From contig CAWCDG010000003.1 in NCBI GenBank assembly GCA_963794325.1, positions 224,001 to 288,000 on the forward strand: 64,000 nt of DNA, read 5' to 3'. A program made the position numbers and the translations under genes. This DNA is from an uncultured delta proteobacterium. GTDB taxonomy: Bacteria > Desulfobacterota > Binatia > Binatales > Binataceae. Within the stretch, counting starts at the first letter, position 1, and every line of letters starts with the position of its first letter. The notes under the pieces are model-generated. The model had not been told where the DNA came from and ran no database searches. It saw nothing but the letters and a program-made list of their open reading frames with translations. Below are positions 20,024-30,125 of the stretch, piece by piece.

Positions 20024-20139
20024 CTTCTTCTCTCCGCTTGAGGCCGGAATTCATGGCTGATATCTAAACAACCGCCGCCCAAGGCGAAAGTTACGCTAGC
20101 ACACGCAAATCCCGCGGTAAGATGGAACGGAGAATCCAA

Positions 20140-20569
20140 ATGAGAAAGGTTGTGCTCGCAATCGTCGCGATGTTCCTGATGCTCGGCTTGTGCTCAGCCG
20201 CGCCGACCCACGCACAGCCCGGGCCTCCGCCGGACCACGAGGGACCTCCGCCCCCGCCGGACCACGGGGGACCGCCGCCTCCGAGTTACCGGGATCGCCT
20301 CCGCGACCGGGCACACCGGGAATGCGAATTGGAACACCATGAGTGTGAGAGAAACTGGCACAACGTCTGCGACATGCAGCATGACCGCTGCGAAGCCTCC
20401 CATCAGGATTGTGAGGACGCCGCCAAAGCCGGCGAGGTCTCCCACGAGGTTTGCGAGCGACAGCACCGCAACTGTGACGAACAACATCACAGCTGCGACG
20501 ATCAGGTTCATGGATGTGAGTCGCTACATCGGGAGTGCGAGGATCGAGTCAGAGGAGCTGTACGATTGA
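20140..20569 (+). CDS. Secreted protein with a Pro-rich linker and His/Cys heptad repeats; 3' end uncertain
   Basis: GGAGA RBS, signal peptide, ten Cys at ~7-aa spacing. As written the ORF runs to 20673 through a REP; removing one G near 20554 gives ...VRELYD* at 20569. Confidence 0.7.
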
Positions 20570-20582
20570 TCGAACCACGAAG

Positions 20583-20707
20583 TAGTGGGGCGGGCCGCCG
20601 TGCCCGCCATCGACGCGTGGGCGTCCGCGTCCACGCTTACCGAGGAATGACTCTGGGTGTGGCCGCACTTTGAGGAGGCGGCCCCCGGGCACATAGGCCC
20701 GCCCCAC
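20583..20707. repeat. REPIN-like inverted REP doublet
   Basis: GTGGGGCGGGCCGCCGTGCCCGCC ... GGGCACATAGGCCCGCCCCAC. Confidence 0.65.
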
Positions 20708-20727
20708 TGAAACCAGGACAATACGCG

Positions 20728-21016
20728 CCCGCGATGGCCGCTGGCGTGACGGATCGGCTATGGTCAGTTGAAGATTTGATCGTGCAAGGGCACTAACGCA
20801 ATGCTGACCTTTCGCTTTATCGAATCCAAGAACGCAATCGAGGTCGAATTTGACAACGCAGGTATGGCAGCGCTTTTAGAGGAACTCGCTCTGCTGATAC
20901 ATCACCGCAATCACACCCATTTACGAACTCCGGCATTAGGCGGAAGTGAGCTATCGAGAAAGTCCGAGGTGTCGGAGGTGACGATCTACTATCGTCGTTC
21001 AAATTAGGACACTACC
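20728..21016 (+). mobile_element. IS1-family element remnant: transposase tail, passenger gene and right end
   Basis: PAMAAGVTDRLWSVEDLI* at 20728-20796; end TTCAAATTAGGACACTACC at 20998-21016 is 18/19 identical to 3231-3249. Confidence 0.75.
20801..21007 (+). CDS. Small passenger protein resembling the Imm32 immunity family
   Basis: HTHLRTPALGGSELS resembles the Imm32 H.HL.TP..GG.EL motif; its stop lies inside the IS end. Confidence 0.55.
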   Translation: MLTFRFIESKNAIEVEFDNAGMAALLEELALLIHHRNHTHLRTPALGGSELSRKSEVSEVTIYYRRSN

Positions 21017-21100
21017 GCCCTCCGCAAGGGGCTGGTTTGATGCCCATTTTCCGATCATAATGCTTGATTACCCCATTTTTCGGGGTAAACGGTAACTCTG

Positions 21101-22348
21101 GTGGGATTAGTCGTTCAAAAATACGGCGGAACTTCCGTCGGCTCAATCGAGCGGATCAAGGCGGTCGCCGATCGCGTCGTAAGAGTGCGCGACGCCGGCG
21201 ATCGAATCGTCGTGGTCGTGTCCGCGATGGCCGGTGAGACCAATCGGCTGTTTGCGCTCGCATCCGAACTCAGCGAATCTCCCAGCGCCCGCGAGACCGA
21301 CGTGCTGGTCGCGACCGGCGAGCAGGTCTCAGCCGCTCTGCTCGCGATCAGGCTCCAATCGATGGGCCATCCGACGGTTTCGATTCTCGCTTTTCAGATG
21401 AATCTGACGACCGACTCGAATCACGGTCGCGCGCGAATCACGTCCGTGCAATGCGACCGCGTGATCCGCGCGCTCGACGAGGGACAGATTGTTGTCGTGG
21501 CCGGATACCAGGGCGTCAACCCAAGCGGCGATATCACAACGCTTGGCCGCGGCGCCTCGGACCTAACCGCCGTTGCGCTCGCAGCCGCTCTCAAAGCCGA
21601 CGCGTGCGAAATCTACACCGACGTGGACGGCGTCTATACCGCCGATCCCAACGTATGCCCCAAAGCAAAGAAACTCGGGCGCATCTCTTATGATGAAATG
21701 CTCGAGATGGCGGGGCTCGGCGCGAAGGTCCTGCAAACCCGTTCCGTTGAACTCGCCCGCCGCTACAACGTGCCGCTCGTCGTCCGCTCCAGCTTCGGTG
21801 AAGGGGAGGGGACATGGGTCGGACAAGAGGATCAGTCGATGGAGGACGTGCTCGTCTCGGGCGTAACGCTCGACCAGAATCAAAGCAAGATAACCGTCGC
21901 CGGTGTCGAGGATCGTCCCGGTCTCGCGGCGAAGATTTTTAGTCCGATCGCGGAGGCGGGAATCGTCGTCGATATGATTATCCAGAACGCCAGCGCCGAC
22001 GGCCGTACCGACATGACGTTTACGATCGGTCGCGAGGATCTGAAACGCGCACTGGAAATCGTCGAGCGCACGGCCCGGGAAATCGGCGCGGCCGGCGTCC
22101 GGCACAACGACCAGGTCGCCAAGGTCTCGGTGGTCGGCGTTGGAATGCGCACGCATTCGGGCGTCGCGTCCACGATGTTCAAAGTGCTGGCGGCCGAGCG
22201 AATTAATATCGAGATGATTTCGACCTCGGAGATTAAAGTCTCGGTGGTGGTCAATTCCAAATACGGCGAGCTCGCGATGCGTGCGCTGCACGACGCGTTT
22301 ATCAACGGCGACGGCGGGCATAGCGGCACGCCGCGGGAGTCAGTTTGA
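21101..22348 (+). CDS. lysC: Aspartate kinase
   Basis: VQKYGGTSV, TTLGRG.SD, DVDGVYTADP, two ACT domains, ISTSEIK. Confidence 0.97.
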   Translation: MGLVVQKYGGTSVGSIERIKAVADRVVRVRDAGDRIVVVVSAMAGETNRLFALASELSESPSARETDVLVATGEQVSAALLAIRLQSMGHPTVSILAFQMNLTTDSNHGRARITSVQCDRVIRALDEGQIVVVAGYQGVNPSGDITTLGRGASDLTAVALAAALKADACEIYTDVDGVYTADPNVCPKAKKLGRISYDEMLEMAGLGAKVLQTRSVELARRYNVPLVVRSSFGEGEGTWVGQEDQSMEDVLVSGVTLDQNQSKITVAGVEDRPGLAAKIFSPIAEAGIVVDMIIQNASADGRTDMTFTIGREDLKRALEIVERTAREIGAAGVRHNDQVAKVSVVGVGMRTHSGVASTMFKVLAAERINIEMISTSEIKVSVVVNSKYGELAMRALHDAFINGDGGHSGTPRESV

Positions 22349-24033
22349 GTCCGATGGCGGATGCAAAACATATCCAGGTTTACGACACCACGTTGCGCGA
22401 CGGGTGCCAGTCCGAGGACGTTTCGCTGACGGTCGAAGACAAGGTCACGATTGCCGAGCGGCTCGATGATCTCGGGTTCGATTACATCGAAGGTGGATGG
22501 CCGGGCTCGAATGACCGCGACGCGGCCTTCTTCAAAGAGATCAAGAAAATCAAGATTCGCCACGCAAAGATCGCCGCCTTCGGATCGACGCGGCGTTCAG
22601 GAGTGCGCGCCTCCGCTGATCGCAATCTTCAATTGCTCTTACGCACCGGAACTCAGGTCGCGACCGTGGTCGGCAAGACCTGGGACATGCACGTGCGCGA
22701 GGCGCTCAGAATCCCGCTCAACGAAAATCTTGAGATTCTCAACGACACTATCGCCTTTCTGAAAAAGAACTTCGACGAAGCTATCTTCGACGCTGAGCAT
22801 TTCTTCGACGGCTATTTTCACAATCCCGAATACGCGATTGCCTGCTTGAAAGCCGTGGACGACGCAGGCGTAACACTGATCGCGCTGTGCGACACCAACG
22901 GCGGACGCCTGCCGCATGAAATCGAGGCTGCGGTGACGGCGGCTCGTGCCGCGGTGAATTGCCCGATCGGAATCCATTGTCACAACGACTCCGAAGTTGC
23001 GGTCGCCAACACCTTGGCTGGTGTGCATGCGGGCGCAACCCAGGTGCAGGGCACTATCAACGGCTTCGGCGAGCGATGCGGTAACGCCAACCTGGTTTCG
23101 ATCATCGCGAATCTGCAGCTCAAACTCGGCTACCATTGCGTGCCGCCCGCCAAGCTCAAGACGATGCGCGAGGTCTCGACCCTGGTGTACGAGCTTGCGA
23201 ACATCACGCCGTTCGCGCGCCAGCCGTACGTCGGCCGCAGCGCATTCGCGCACAAAGGCGGCCTGCACGTGTCCGGAATCCAGCGCAACACCGCGACCTA
23301 TGAGCACATCGATCCCGCGCTGCTCGGCAACGATCGCCGCGTCCTGCTCTCGGAGCTGTCCGGTCGCGCCAACATCACCTACAAAGCGAAAGAGTTCGGC
23401 CTTGAGATCGGCAATGCGAGCGACGACAAGATCGGCGCGCTGCTCGATGAGCTCAAGCGCCTCGAAGGCGCGGGCTACACTTTCGACGGCGCCGACGCCT
23501 CATTCGAGCTGCTCATGCTCCGCACGCTCGGTCTCGCCAGGGAGCATTTCAACTTCGTCAGCTTCCGCGTGTTCGACGACAAGTGGCATGAGGACCGCGC
23601 CCCGTTCAGCGAAGCGGTCGTCGTACTCGAAGGTCCCGACGGCGTGCGCACCCGCAACTCCGCAATCGGCAACGGCCCCGTCAACGCCCTCGATTCGGCG
23701 CTGCGTTCCGCGCTTCTGCCGTACTATCCAAATCTCGAAGCCATGCAGCTGGTCGATTACAAAGTTCGCGTGCTCGACAACGGCGCAGGCACCGAGGCGC
23801 GCGTCCGCGTGCTGATCGAATCGACCGACGGCAAGCGGCGATGGGGTACGGTCGGCCTTTCGAGCAACGTCGTCGAGGCGAGCTGGCAAGCGCTGGTTGA
23901 CTCGGTCGAATACAAGCTGCACAAGGATAATGTGAAGCCGCGCGCCAAATCGGCCGCTGGAAAAGGAAACGGAGCGCGTCCGCGGTCCGCCAAATCCGCG
24001 GAGAACAGCCACGCCGCCCATTCGAAGGCCTGA
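22345..24033 (+). CDS. cimA: Citramalate synthase
   Basis: [45 protein letters not shown]. Confidence 0.92.
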   Translation: MSPMADAKHIQVYDTTLRDGCQSEDVSLTVEDKVTIAERLDDLGFDYIEGGWPGSNDRDAAFFKEIKKIKIRHAKIAAFGSTRRSGVRASADRNLQLLLRTGTQVATVVGKTWDMHVREALRIPLNENLEILNDTIAFLKKNFDEAIFDAEHFFDGYFHNPEYAIACLKAVDDAGVTLIALCDTNGGRLPHEIEAAVTAARAAVNCPIGIHCHNDSEVAVANTLAGVHAGATQVQGTINGFGERCGNANLVSIIANLQLKLGYHCVPPAKLKTMREVSTLVYELANITPFARQPYVGRSAFAHKGGLHVSGIQRNTATYEHIDPALLGNDRRVLLSELSGRANITYKAKEFGLEIGNASDDKIGALLDELKRLEGAGYTFDGADASFELLMLRTLGLAREHFNFVSFRVFDDKWHEDRAPFSEAVVVLEGPDGVRTRNSAIGNGPVNALDSALRSALLPYYPNLEAMQLVDYKVRVLDNGAGTEARVRVLIESTDGKRRWGTVGLSSNVVEASWQALVDSVEYKLHKDNVKPRAKSAAGKGNGARPRSAKSAENSHAAHSKA

Positions 24034-24061
24034 CGCGCGGCGGCAAAACGAGGTTCGTACC

Positions 24062-24778
24062 ATGGGTGTTCTGAGCCGAATGAAGGAAGACATCCAGTCG
24101 ATTTTCGACCGCGACCCGGCCGCGCGCAGCACTATCGAAGTGGTGCTCCTGTATCCCGGCCTGCACGCCATCTGGGCCTACCGAGTCGCACATTGGCTCT
24201 GGGAGCATAACTGCAAGCTGCTCGGACGCCTCGTAAGCGAGATCGCGCGCTTCATCACCGGAATCGAAATACATCCCGGCGCGAAAATCGGTCGCCGCTT
24301 GTTCATCGATCATGGGATGGGCATCGTGATGGGCGAGACTACGGAAATCGGCGACGACGTCCTCATCTACCAGGGCGTCACGCTCGGCGGCACCAGCACC
24401 AAAAAAGAGAAGCGCCACCCGACGCTCGAGGATCACGTGATGGTCAGCACGGGCGCGTCGGTTATCGGCCCGGTGCGAATCGGCGAAGGCAGCAGAATCG
24501 GCGCGGGCGCAGTTGTGGTGTCGTCGTGTCCGCCGTGGTCAACGGTCGTGGGAATTCCCGGCAAGGTGATTGAGGGCGACAACCCTCGCCACGACGTGAT
24601 GGAACTCGATCACGCCAAGCTGCCCGACCCGGTCGCGCGCGCGATGGGCAATCTAATCGAGAAGCTCAACCGGATGGGCGTGCGGATGGAAGAAATCGAG
24701 GAGCGTCAGGACTGCCTCGAAGACAAAGTCAGCGAGCACCTTCCGCCGACCCCCGATCGCATCGCCAACAAGGGTTAG
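24062..24778 (+). CDS. cysE: Serine O-acetyltransferase
   Basis: [27 protein letters not shown]. Confidence 0.96.
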   Translation: MGVLSRMKEDIQSIFDRDPAARSTIEVVLLYPGLHAIWAYRVAHWLWEHNCKLLGRLVSEIARFITGIEIHPGAKIGRRLFIDHGMGIVMGETTEIGDDVLIYQGVTLGGTSTKKEKRHPTLEDHVMVSTGASVIGPVRIGEGSRIGAGAVVVSSCPPWSTVVGIPGKVIEGDNPRHDVMELDHAKLPDPVARAMGNLIEKLNRMGVRMEEIEERQDCLEDKVSEHLPPTPDRIANKG

Positions 24779-24834
24779 CTGGAAGTCGCCATCGTCGGCC
24801 ACCTCGCCTGCTTTTCGTCTGAAACATCTACGGC

Positions 24835-25449
24835 CTAACTCTGCTTGATTGTCTCGTCGATCTTTGAGGCCAGGCCCCAGGCAGCATACCTCAGAACGAG
24901 CTTCTCCGCGGACATGAGCGAAACGGCATGCCCCCCGGAGGCGATGCTGATGGGCGGAATGACACCGGTTTCGGTCTGGGATTTGCTGCTGATGAGGTCG
25001 GCCATCGTCTTGCCAGTTTGCTGATCAACGAGGGTCGCCTTCACTACTGCGGTATTTTCGGGCCTGAAGTAGAACCCGCCAGGAACAAGTCCAAGTGCGG
25101 TCGCTTCGGCCTTCTCCCCGGTTGTGCTTTGGGAGTACGACACGATGCTGCACGTTATCCGCAACGCCTTGGATGGCTGCTTTCCTTGCTCGGCGATCTC
25201 GTATCCCTTTGTGCGCAAGGCCGACTCCAACTCGTCGGTGAAGAAGCTGCTGACGTCGAAAGAGAAAGTCTTCCCTGTATCGTTCGTGACTTTTTCCACC
25301 TCGAAAACACGGTAACCGGCAAGAGATGCGCCGACTTCCACCCTGATATGTGTTAGCTGTGTTTCCGGTATGGCGCAACTTTGCAGAAAGAAGAGGAGCA
25401 GCAGACACTGCCGGGGCCAACGAAGTTTAGCTTCGACCTCTCCTCGCAT
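24835..25449 (-). CDS. Putative lipoprotein (DUF4410-like)
   Basis: Hydrophobic stretch ending LQSC (lipobox-like); start uncertain. Confidence 0.55.
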   Translation of the reverse strand: MRGEVEAKLRWPRQCLLLLFFLQSCAIPETQLTHIRVEVGASLAGYRVFEVEKVTNDTGKTFSFDVSSFFTDELESALRTKGYEIAEQGKQPSKALRITCSIVSYSQSTTGEKAEATALGLVPGGFYFRPENTAVVKATLVDQQTGKTMADLISSKSQTETGVIPPISIASGGHAVSLMSAEKLVLRYAAWGLASKIDETIKQS

Positions 25450-25478
25450 ATGCGTCCAACCTGGCATTGCGTATACCG

Positions 25479-26498
25479 CTATTTCTTCTGATGCGGCGTG
25501 CCGATGTACGGAAACTCCTTGAGCGTGTCGCTGTGCGGCTTGAGGCCGCTGGGGGGACATTCATTCTTGGTCAGGAACGCGAGCCGGTAATCGATCACGT
25601 CGTCAGTGAAGACACGGCCGTTGGGATACTTCGCCGGCTTCGACGGATTGAAACTCATCACGTCGGGCAACGTTCCCTCTTTGTCGATCGCTGCGATCGC
25701 CTCTTCACGCGAGTAGTTGCCGGTATGTCCCATCAGATGCACGAACTGATCGATCCATCGCTTGCGATCGTTCACTGGCTCGCTCGCGTTGTATTCCAGC
25801 TTGGTATCGTCGGTGTTGAAGAAACTGCTGACTGAAGGATGGCCCGCGCGATCGACGTGAAGGAGCTTGCCGTCCTGCCGCACGCTGCATCGTCCCCAGA
25901 TATGTACCACGGGCTTCGGCGCCAGTTCGTTGGTCGGCAGCTCGATCACCGTCGAGAACACGTTGGCTGCTGTATTGGAATCCACGCCGGTCCACGGAGA
26001 CTTGCCGCCGAGATCGCGCAGATGAGGTTCGGTGAAATTCCGTTTGCCCCTGATATCGAACAGAGCCTTGATACCATCAAAATCGAAGAAGAAGGCGTCG
26101 CTGCGGCTCCCGGCGAAGAATGTGTATTCGCCCGCTTTGACGATGTTGGGCTTGGGCCCGAACGAGACCTCCGCATCGGCGACGATCTTCTTCCCAACCG
26201 CTTCGACCGAGCGCGACTCCGCGCCCTTGGCCAGAAACACGTTGAAGGTTTGCTTACCGTTTTGCGGTTTCGAGAACACGTAGCTAAAAGCGATGTCCGT
26301 CAACAAATCACCATCGTTGTCGATGTTGAGGCGGTAGATGGCGTCGGGATGGAGCGCGTCGGCGTTCGGATTTGCATTGAGGATGATCACAGTCCGCGAT
26401 GGATCGGTCGGTGACTGGAACGCGTACAGGTCGCACAGATCGAGCCGTTGATCTCCGAGCGGCGGTCCGAGACTGAGTCCAGTGAAGTGGTTTGACAT
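25479..26498 (-). CDS. DUF4331-family protein
   Basis: MSNH, D..DLYAF, FAG.R.D.FFFD, VDR.G.P, PNGR..TDDVID, FPY.G.P. Confidence 0.85.
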   Translation of the reverse strand: MSNHFTGLSLGPPLGDQRLDLCDLYAFQSPTDPSRTVIILNANPNADALHPDAIYRLNIDNDGDLLTDIAFSYVFSKPQNGKQTFNVFLAKGAESRSVEAVGKKIVADAEVSFGPKPNIVKAGEYTFFAGSRSDAFFFDFDGIKALFDIRGKRNFTEPHLRDLGGKSPWTGVDSNTAANVFSTVIELPTNELAPKPVVHIWGRCSVRQDGKLLHVDRAGHPSVSSFFNTDDTKLEYNASEPVNDRKRWIDQFVHLMGHTGNYSREEAIAAIDKEGTLPDVMSFNPSKPAKYPNGRVFTDDVIDYRLAFLTKNECPPSGLKPHSDTLKEFPYIGTPHQKK

Positions 26499-26594
26499 TT
26501 CCTTTCTCCTTGGAAAATCGAAAATGTGGATGCGTTGACCTTCGAAATATTAACAACGGCGCCATTCTGTGTCGCCCGATTTTTTTTGACGACC

Positions 26595-27791
26595 TCAGAG
26601 CTTATGTCCGAAGCCCGCGCCCATCTCGTACTCATTCGGACTCTCGATTAACTTTCCACTGACGATTCGCTCGAATCCAAACGGCGTCAGATCAACCGTC
26701 GTGCTCGCACCGGTCAGAATCAACTCGGCCATCGACGCGCCAACCTGTGGCGCAGTCTTGAATCCGGTGCCGCTGAAGCCCGCCGCGACGAACAGGTGCT
26801 CGACGTTCGGCACCGGCCCCATCACGGCGCGCGCGTCCGGGCTGACGTCGTAAATGCCGGCGTGGCCGCGAGAGTAGGGCGCATCGGCCATCGCAGGAAT
26901 CCGCTTTGCGAGACGCTTACGCACCGCCCCGACAAAGTCGTCGTCGTTGCTCTCGCGAAAGTCGTCCGGATTCGCCTCCGCCTCGATCTTCCATCCACCA
27001 AGCCCGGCCAGCGTGAGATCGTCGCCATGCGGACGAAAGTAACTGCCCGCGATCGTATCTATATAGATGCAATGTTTGATTGGAGGGGGCCGTTTGAAGA
27101 ATGCAATCTGCGCACGCTCGCACTTGATACCGATCTTCAAGCCCAACGGTGCGAGCAGCGCATCAGTCCACGGTCCAGCGACGACGCATACCGCGTCGGC
27201 CTCGTGAACGCGCCCATCGCTATCGACGACTCCCGTCGCTCGACCGCCGCGATGCACGATTCGCGCAATAGCCGTATTCGTCGAGAACTCCGCGCCGTAA
27301 CCTTTCGCCGCGGCAGCGAGCGACTCCGTCGTCGCGACGGGATCGGCATAACCGCTGTGCGGCTCGAACGCAGCAAGCGCGATGTCATCGACAAATGCGT
27401 CAGGCTCGAGCTTCCGCAACTCAGCCGCAGTCACAACTTCGGTATCGACGCCGACGCGCTGGAGCATCGCGACATTCGCTCGAAGTCGCGCTGCATTTCG
27501 TTCATCAACCACGACCGCGAAACCGGTTTCGACGAAACCGCATCGCCCGCCGACGATGTCGCTCCAATTGCAGAAGTATTGATAACTCTTCCAGGCCAGC
27601 GTTGCTTCAGGCGCGAACGTATAATGCATCCTGACCAGTGCGCCCGACCGCGCCGACATCCCGGCGCAAATTCCGCCTTTGTCGAACACCCGCACGCGCG
27701 CTCCGGCGCGCGCAAGATGGAACGCGATCGAGCATCCAACCACGCCCGCGCCAATCACGATTATGCTCGCGTCCGATGCCGTGTCCGTCAC
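26595..27791 (-). CDS. FAD-dependent oxidoreductase (DAO/sarcosine oxidase beta family)
   Basis: IGAGVVG, AG.YD.SPD, AGFSG.GFK. Confidence 0.9.
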   Translation of the reverse strand: MTDTASDASIIVIGAGVVGCSIAFHLARAGARVRVFDKGGICAGMSARSGALVRMHYTFAPEATLAWKSYQYFCNWSDIVGGRCGFVETGFAVVVDERNAARLRANVAMLQRVGVDTEVVTAAELRKLEPDAFVDDIALAAFEPHSGYADPVATTESLAAAAKGYGAEFSTNTAIARIVHRGGRATGVVDSDGRVHEADAVCVVAGPWTDALLAPLGLKIGIKCERAQIAFFKRPPPIKHCIYIDTIAGSYFRPHGDDLTLAGLGGWKIEAEANPDDFRESNDDDFVGAVRKRLAKRIPAMADAPYSRGHAGIYDVSPDARAVMGPVPNVEHLFVAAGFSGTGFKTAPQVGASMAELILTGASTTVDLTPFGFERIVSGKLIESPNEYEMGAGFGHKL

Positions 27792-27867
27792 GCGAAGAAC
27801 CCCGTCTTTTTCCAATGATCAGTGTACGATAAGCTAATCGCCGCCCCCGTGGCGAACATAACTATCC

Positions 27868-29031
27868 ATGCCAATCTATCTTGATCATAACGCGGGCGCT
27901 CCTTTGCGCAGCGAAGCGGCCGCCGCGATTTCGCGCCTGCTGGCGGAGGGGCCAGGCAACCCCTCGTCGGTGCATCGCGCGGGTCAGCGCTCGCGCCGGA
28001 TGCTCGAGGCTGCGCGCGCGCAGGTTGCCGCGATTGTCAGTGCCGAGCCGCGGCAGATCGTGTTCACCAGCGGCGGCACCGAGTCGAATAATCTCGCAAT
28101 CTTCGGCGCGATCACCGCAGCATCGCGGCGGCGCAAAATTATTTCCTCCGAAATCGAGCACTCATCCATCCTTGCGCCGCTGGCGGAACTCGAGCGCCGC
28201 GGCTTCGATGTGGTGCGAATCGCGCCAGACGCCGACGGACGAATCGACTGCTCGCGCGTACTCCCTGCGCTGGACAACGAGACTGCGCTGGTCACGCTCG
28301 GATTGGCGAACTCCGAAGTCGGAACGATTCAGGACCTCGCGCCGCTCGCATTGACGTGTAAAGAATCCAGTGCGCTGTTTCACATCGACGCAGCGCAGGC
28401 GGTTGGCCGGATTCCGGTCGACGTGAACGCTCTGGGATGCGATCTGATGACGCTCAGCGGCCACAAGCTCGGCGCGCCGTCGGGCATCGGCGCGCTGTAT
28501 ATCCGCGACTTCGCAAAGTTTTCTCCAACGATTTTTGGTGGCCCGCATGAAAACGGCATGCGTGCGGGAACGCCCAATCTGCTTGGCGCAGTGGCATTCG
28601 GCGCAGCAGCCGAAGCTGCGATGAATGCGAGAGAGGCGGAGTTGGAGCGAATCGGCTCACTGACCTCCACTCTCTTGATGCGACTGCGCGAAGCGATTTC
28701 CGGCCTTCGCCTGAACGGCCCGACAGTTGGCAGGTTGCCGAACACGCTCAACCTGACGTTTCCGGGCGTGCTCGGCGAGAGCATGCTGATTGCGCTCGAT
28801 CTCGAAGGCGTCGAAGTGTCGATGGGATCGGCGTGCGCAGCCGGAGCCGTCGAGCCGTCGCACGTCCTGCGCGCGATGCGGCGTAGCGTCGCCGATGCCC
28901 GCAGCTCGCTCAGAATCAGTCTTGGATGGAGCAACACCGCGGCGGAAATCGACGCGGTCGCGACGATCATCCCGTCAGTGTGGCGACGCGTCGCCGACGC
29001 CGAACCTTTGTCTGAGGTGGCTGCGCGATGA
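27868..29031 (+). CDS. iscS: Cysteine desulfurase
   Basis: YLDHNA, GNPSS.H, FTSGGTESNN, SGHK, GSAC. Confidence 0.9.
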   Translation: MPIYLDHNAGAPLRSEAAAAISRLLAEGPGNPSSVHRAGQRSRRMLEAARAQVAAIVSAEPRQIVFTSGGTESNNLAIFGAITAASRRRKIISSEIEHSSILAPLAELERRGFDVVRIAPDADGRIDCSRVLPALDNETALVTLGLANSEVGTIQDLAPLALTCKESSALFHIDAAQAVGRIPVDVNALGCDLMTLSGHKLGAPSGIGALYIRDFAKFSPTIFGGPHENGMRAGTPNLLGAVAFGAAAEAAMNAREAELERIGSLTSTLLMRLREAISGLRLNGPTVGRLPNTLNLTFPGVLGESMLIALDLEGVEVSMGSACAAGAVEPSHVLRAMRRSVADARSSLRISLGWSNTAAEIDAVATIIPSVWRRVADAEPLSEVAAR

Positions 29032-30125
29032 AGCCGCGAGTGCTGGTCGCGATGTCGGGCGGCGTGGACAGTAGTGTCGCGGCCGCGCTTCTGCGCCAGC
29101 AGGACTACGACGTCGTCGGCGTCGCGATGCGTCTCGCGCCCGAGCCGGCCGCGCCAATCGCGAAGCGGCGGGGCACTTGCTGCTCGCATGACGACTTCGA
29201 AGATGCGCGCCGGGTGGCGGAGCGCATGGATTTCCCCTTTTACGTGATCGATTTGCGCGCCGATTTTGCCGCGCGGGTGGTCGACAACTTCGTCTCCGAA
29301 TATCTCGGCGGTCGCACGCCGAATCCGTGCGTGATGTGCAATCGCGAGATCAAGTTCGATCGCTTATGGAGCCGCGCCCGTGCATTAAATGCCGACTACG
29401 TCGCGACCGGTCATTACGCGCGGATCGAGCGCGGGGTGGACGGCAGGTTTCACCTGCTGCGCGCCGTCGACGACACCAAGGATCAGTCGTACTTCCTTTT
29501 CACACTCGGGCAGGACGAACTGGCACGAACTATTTTTCCGCTCGGCTTGATGACCAAGACTGAAGTTCGCGCACGCGCGCGCGCGTTGGGACTGTCGACC
29601 GCCGACAAGCCGGAGAGCCAGGAAATCTGCTTCGTTCCTGACGGCGACTACGCGAGCTTTGTCGAGCGGCGCAGCGATCCCGAGCAACTTCGCCCCGGCG
29701 CCATCATCGACGGTGACGGAAAGCGTCTGGCGGATCACGCCGGCGTGCATCGATTCACCGTCGGACAGCGCCGCGGCCTGGGTATCGCGGCTGGCGAGCG
29801 GCTGTACGTTCGCGAGATTCGCGCCGAGTCGGGCGAGGTCGTGGCTGGACGCCGCGATGAACTTGATTCATCGGGCCTGATCGCCAATCGAATCAGCCTG
29901 GTCGATGAATCGATCGCGGCCGGTGGCGCGCTGAGTGTCGAGGTGAAGATTCGCTATCGGCATCAAGCGATCCCCGCGACCATGCGCGTAGATTCCGATC
30001 GCCGCGCGCAGATTCGGTTCGCATCGAGCGGTCCTGCCGTGACGCCGGGACAAGCCTGCGTGTTTTACCGCGGGGACGAAGTGATCGGCGGCGGATTTAT
30101 CGAGCGCGCGATCGAGGCGAAGTGA
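29028..30125 (+). CDS. mnmA: tRNA 2-thiouridine synthase
   Basis: AMSGGVDS, TPNPC..CN, ATGHYA, KDQSYFL, TVGQRRG, PGQ. Confidence 0.97.
   Translation: MKPRVLVAMSGGVDSSVAAALLRQQDYDVVGVAMRLAPEPAAPIAKRRGTCCSHDDFEDARRVAERMDFPFYVIDLRADFAARVVDNFVSEYLGGRTPNPCVMCNREIKFDRLWSRARALNADYVATGHYARIERGVDGRFHLLRAVDDTKDQSYFLFTLGQDELARTIFPLGLMTKTEVRARARALGLSTADKPESQEICFVPDGDYASFVERRSDPEQLRPGAIIDGDGKRLADHAGVHRFTVGQRRGLGIAAGERLYVREIRAESGEVVAGRRDELDSSGLIANRISLVDESIAAGGALSVEVKIRYRHQAIPATMRVDSDRRAQIRFASSGPAVTPGQACVFYRGDEVIGGGFIERAIEAK

Noticed and set aside
20122-20673. His/Cys protein as a multiheme cytochrome c
   Set aside because: No CxxCH motifs; the spacing is C-x3-H-x2-C.
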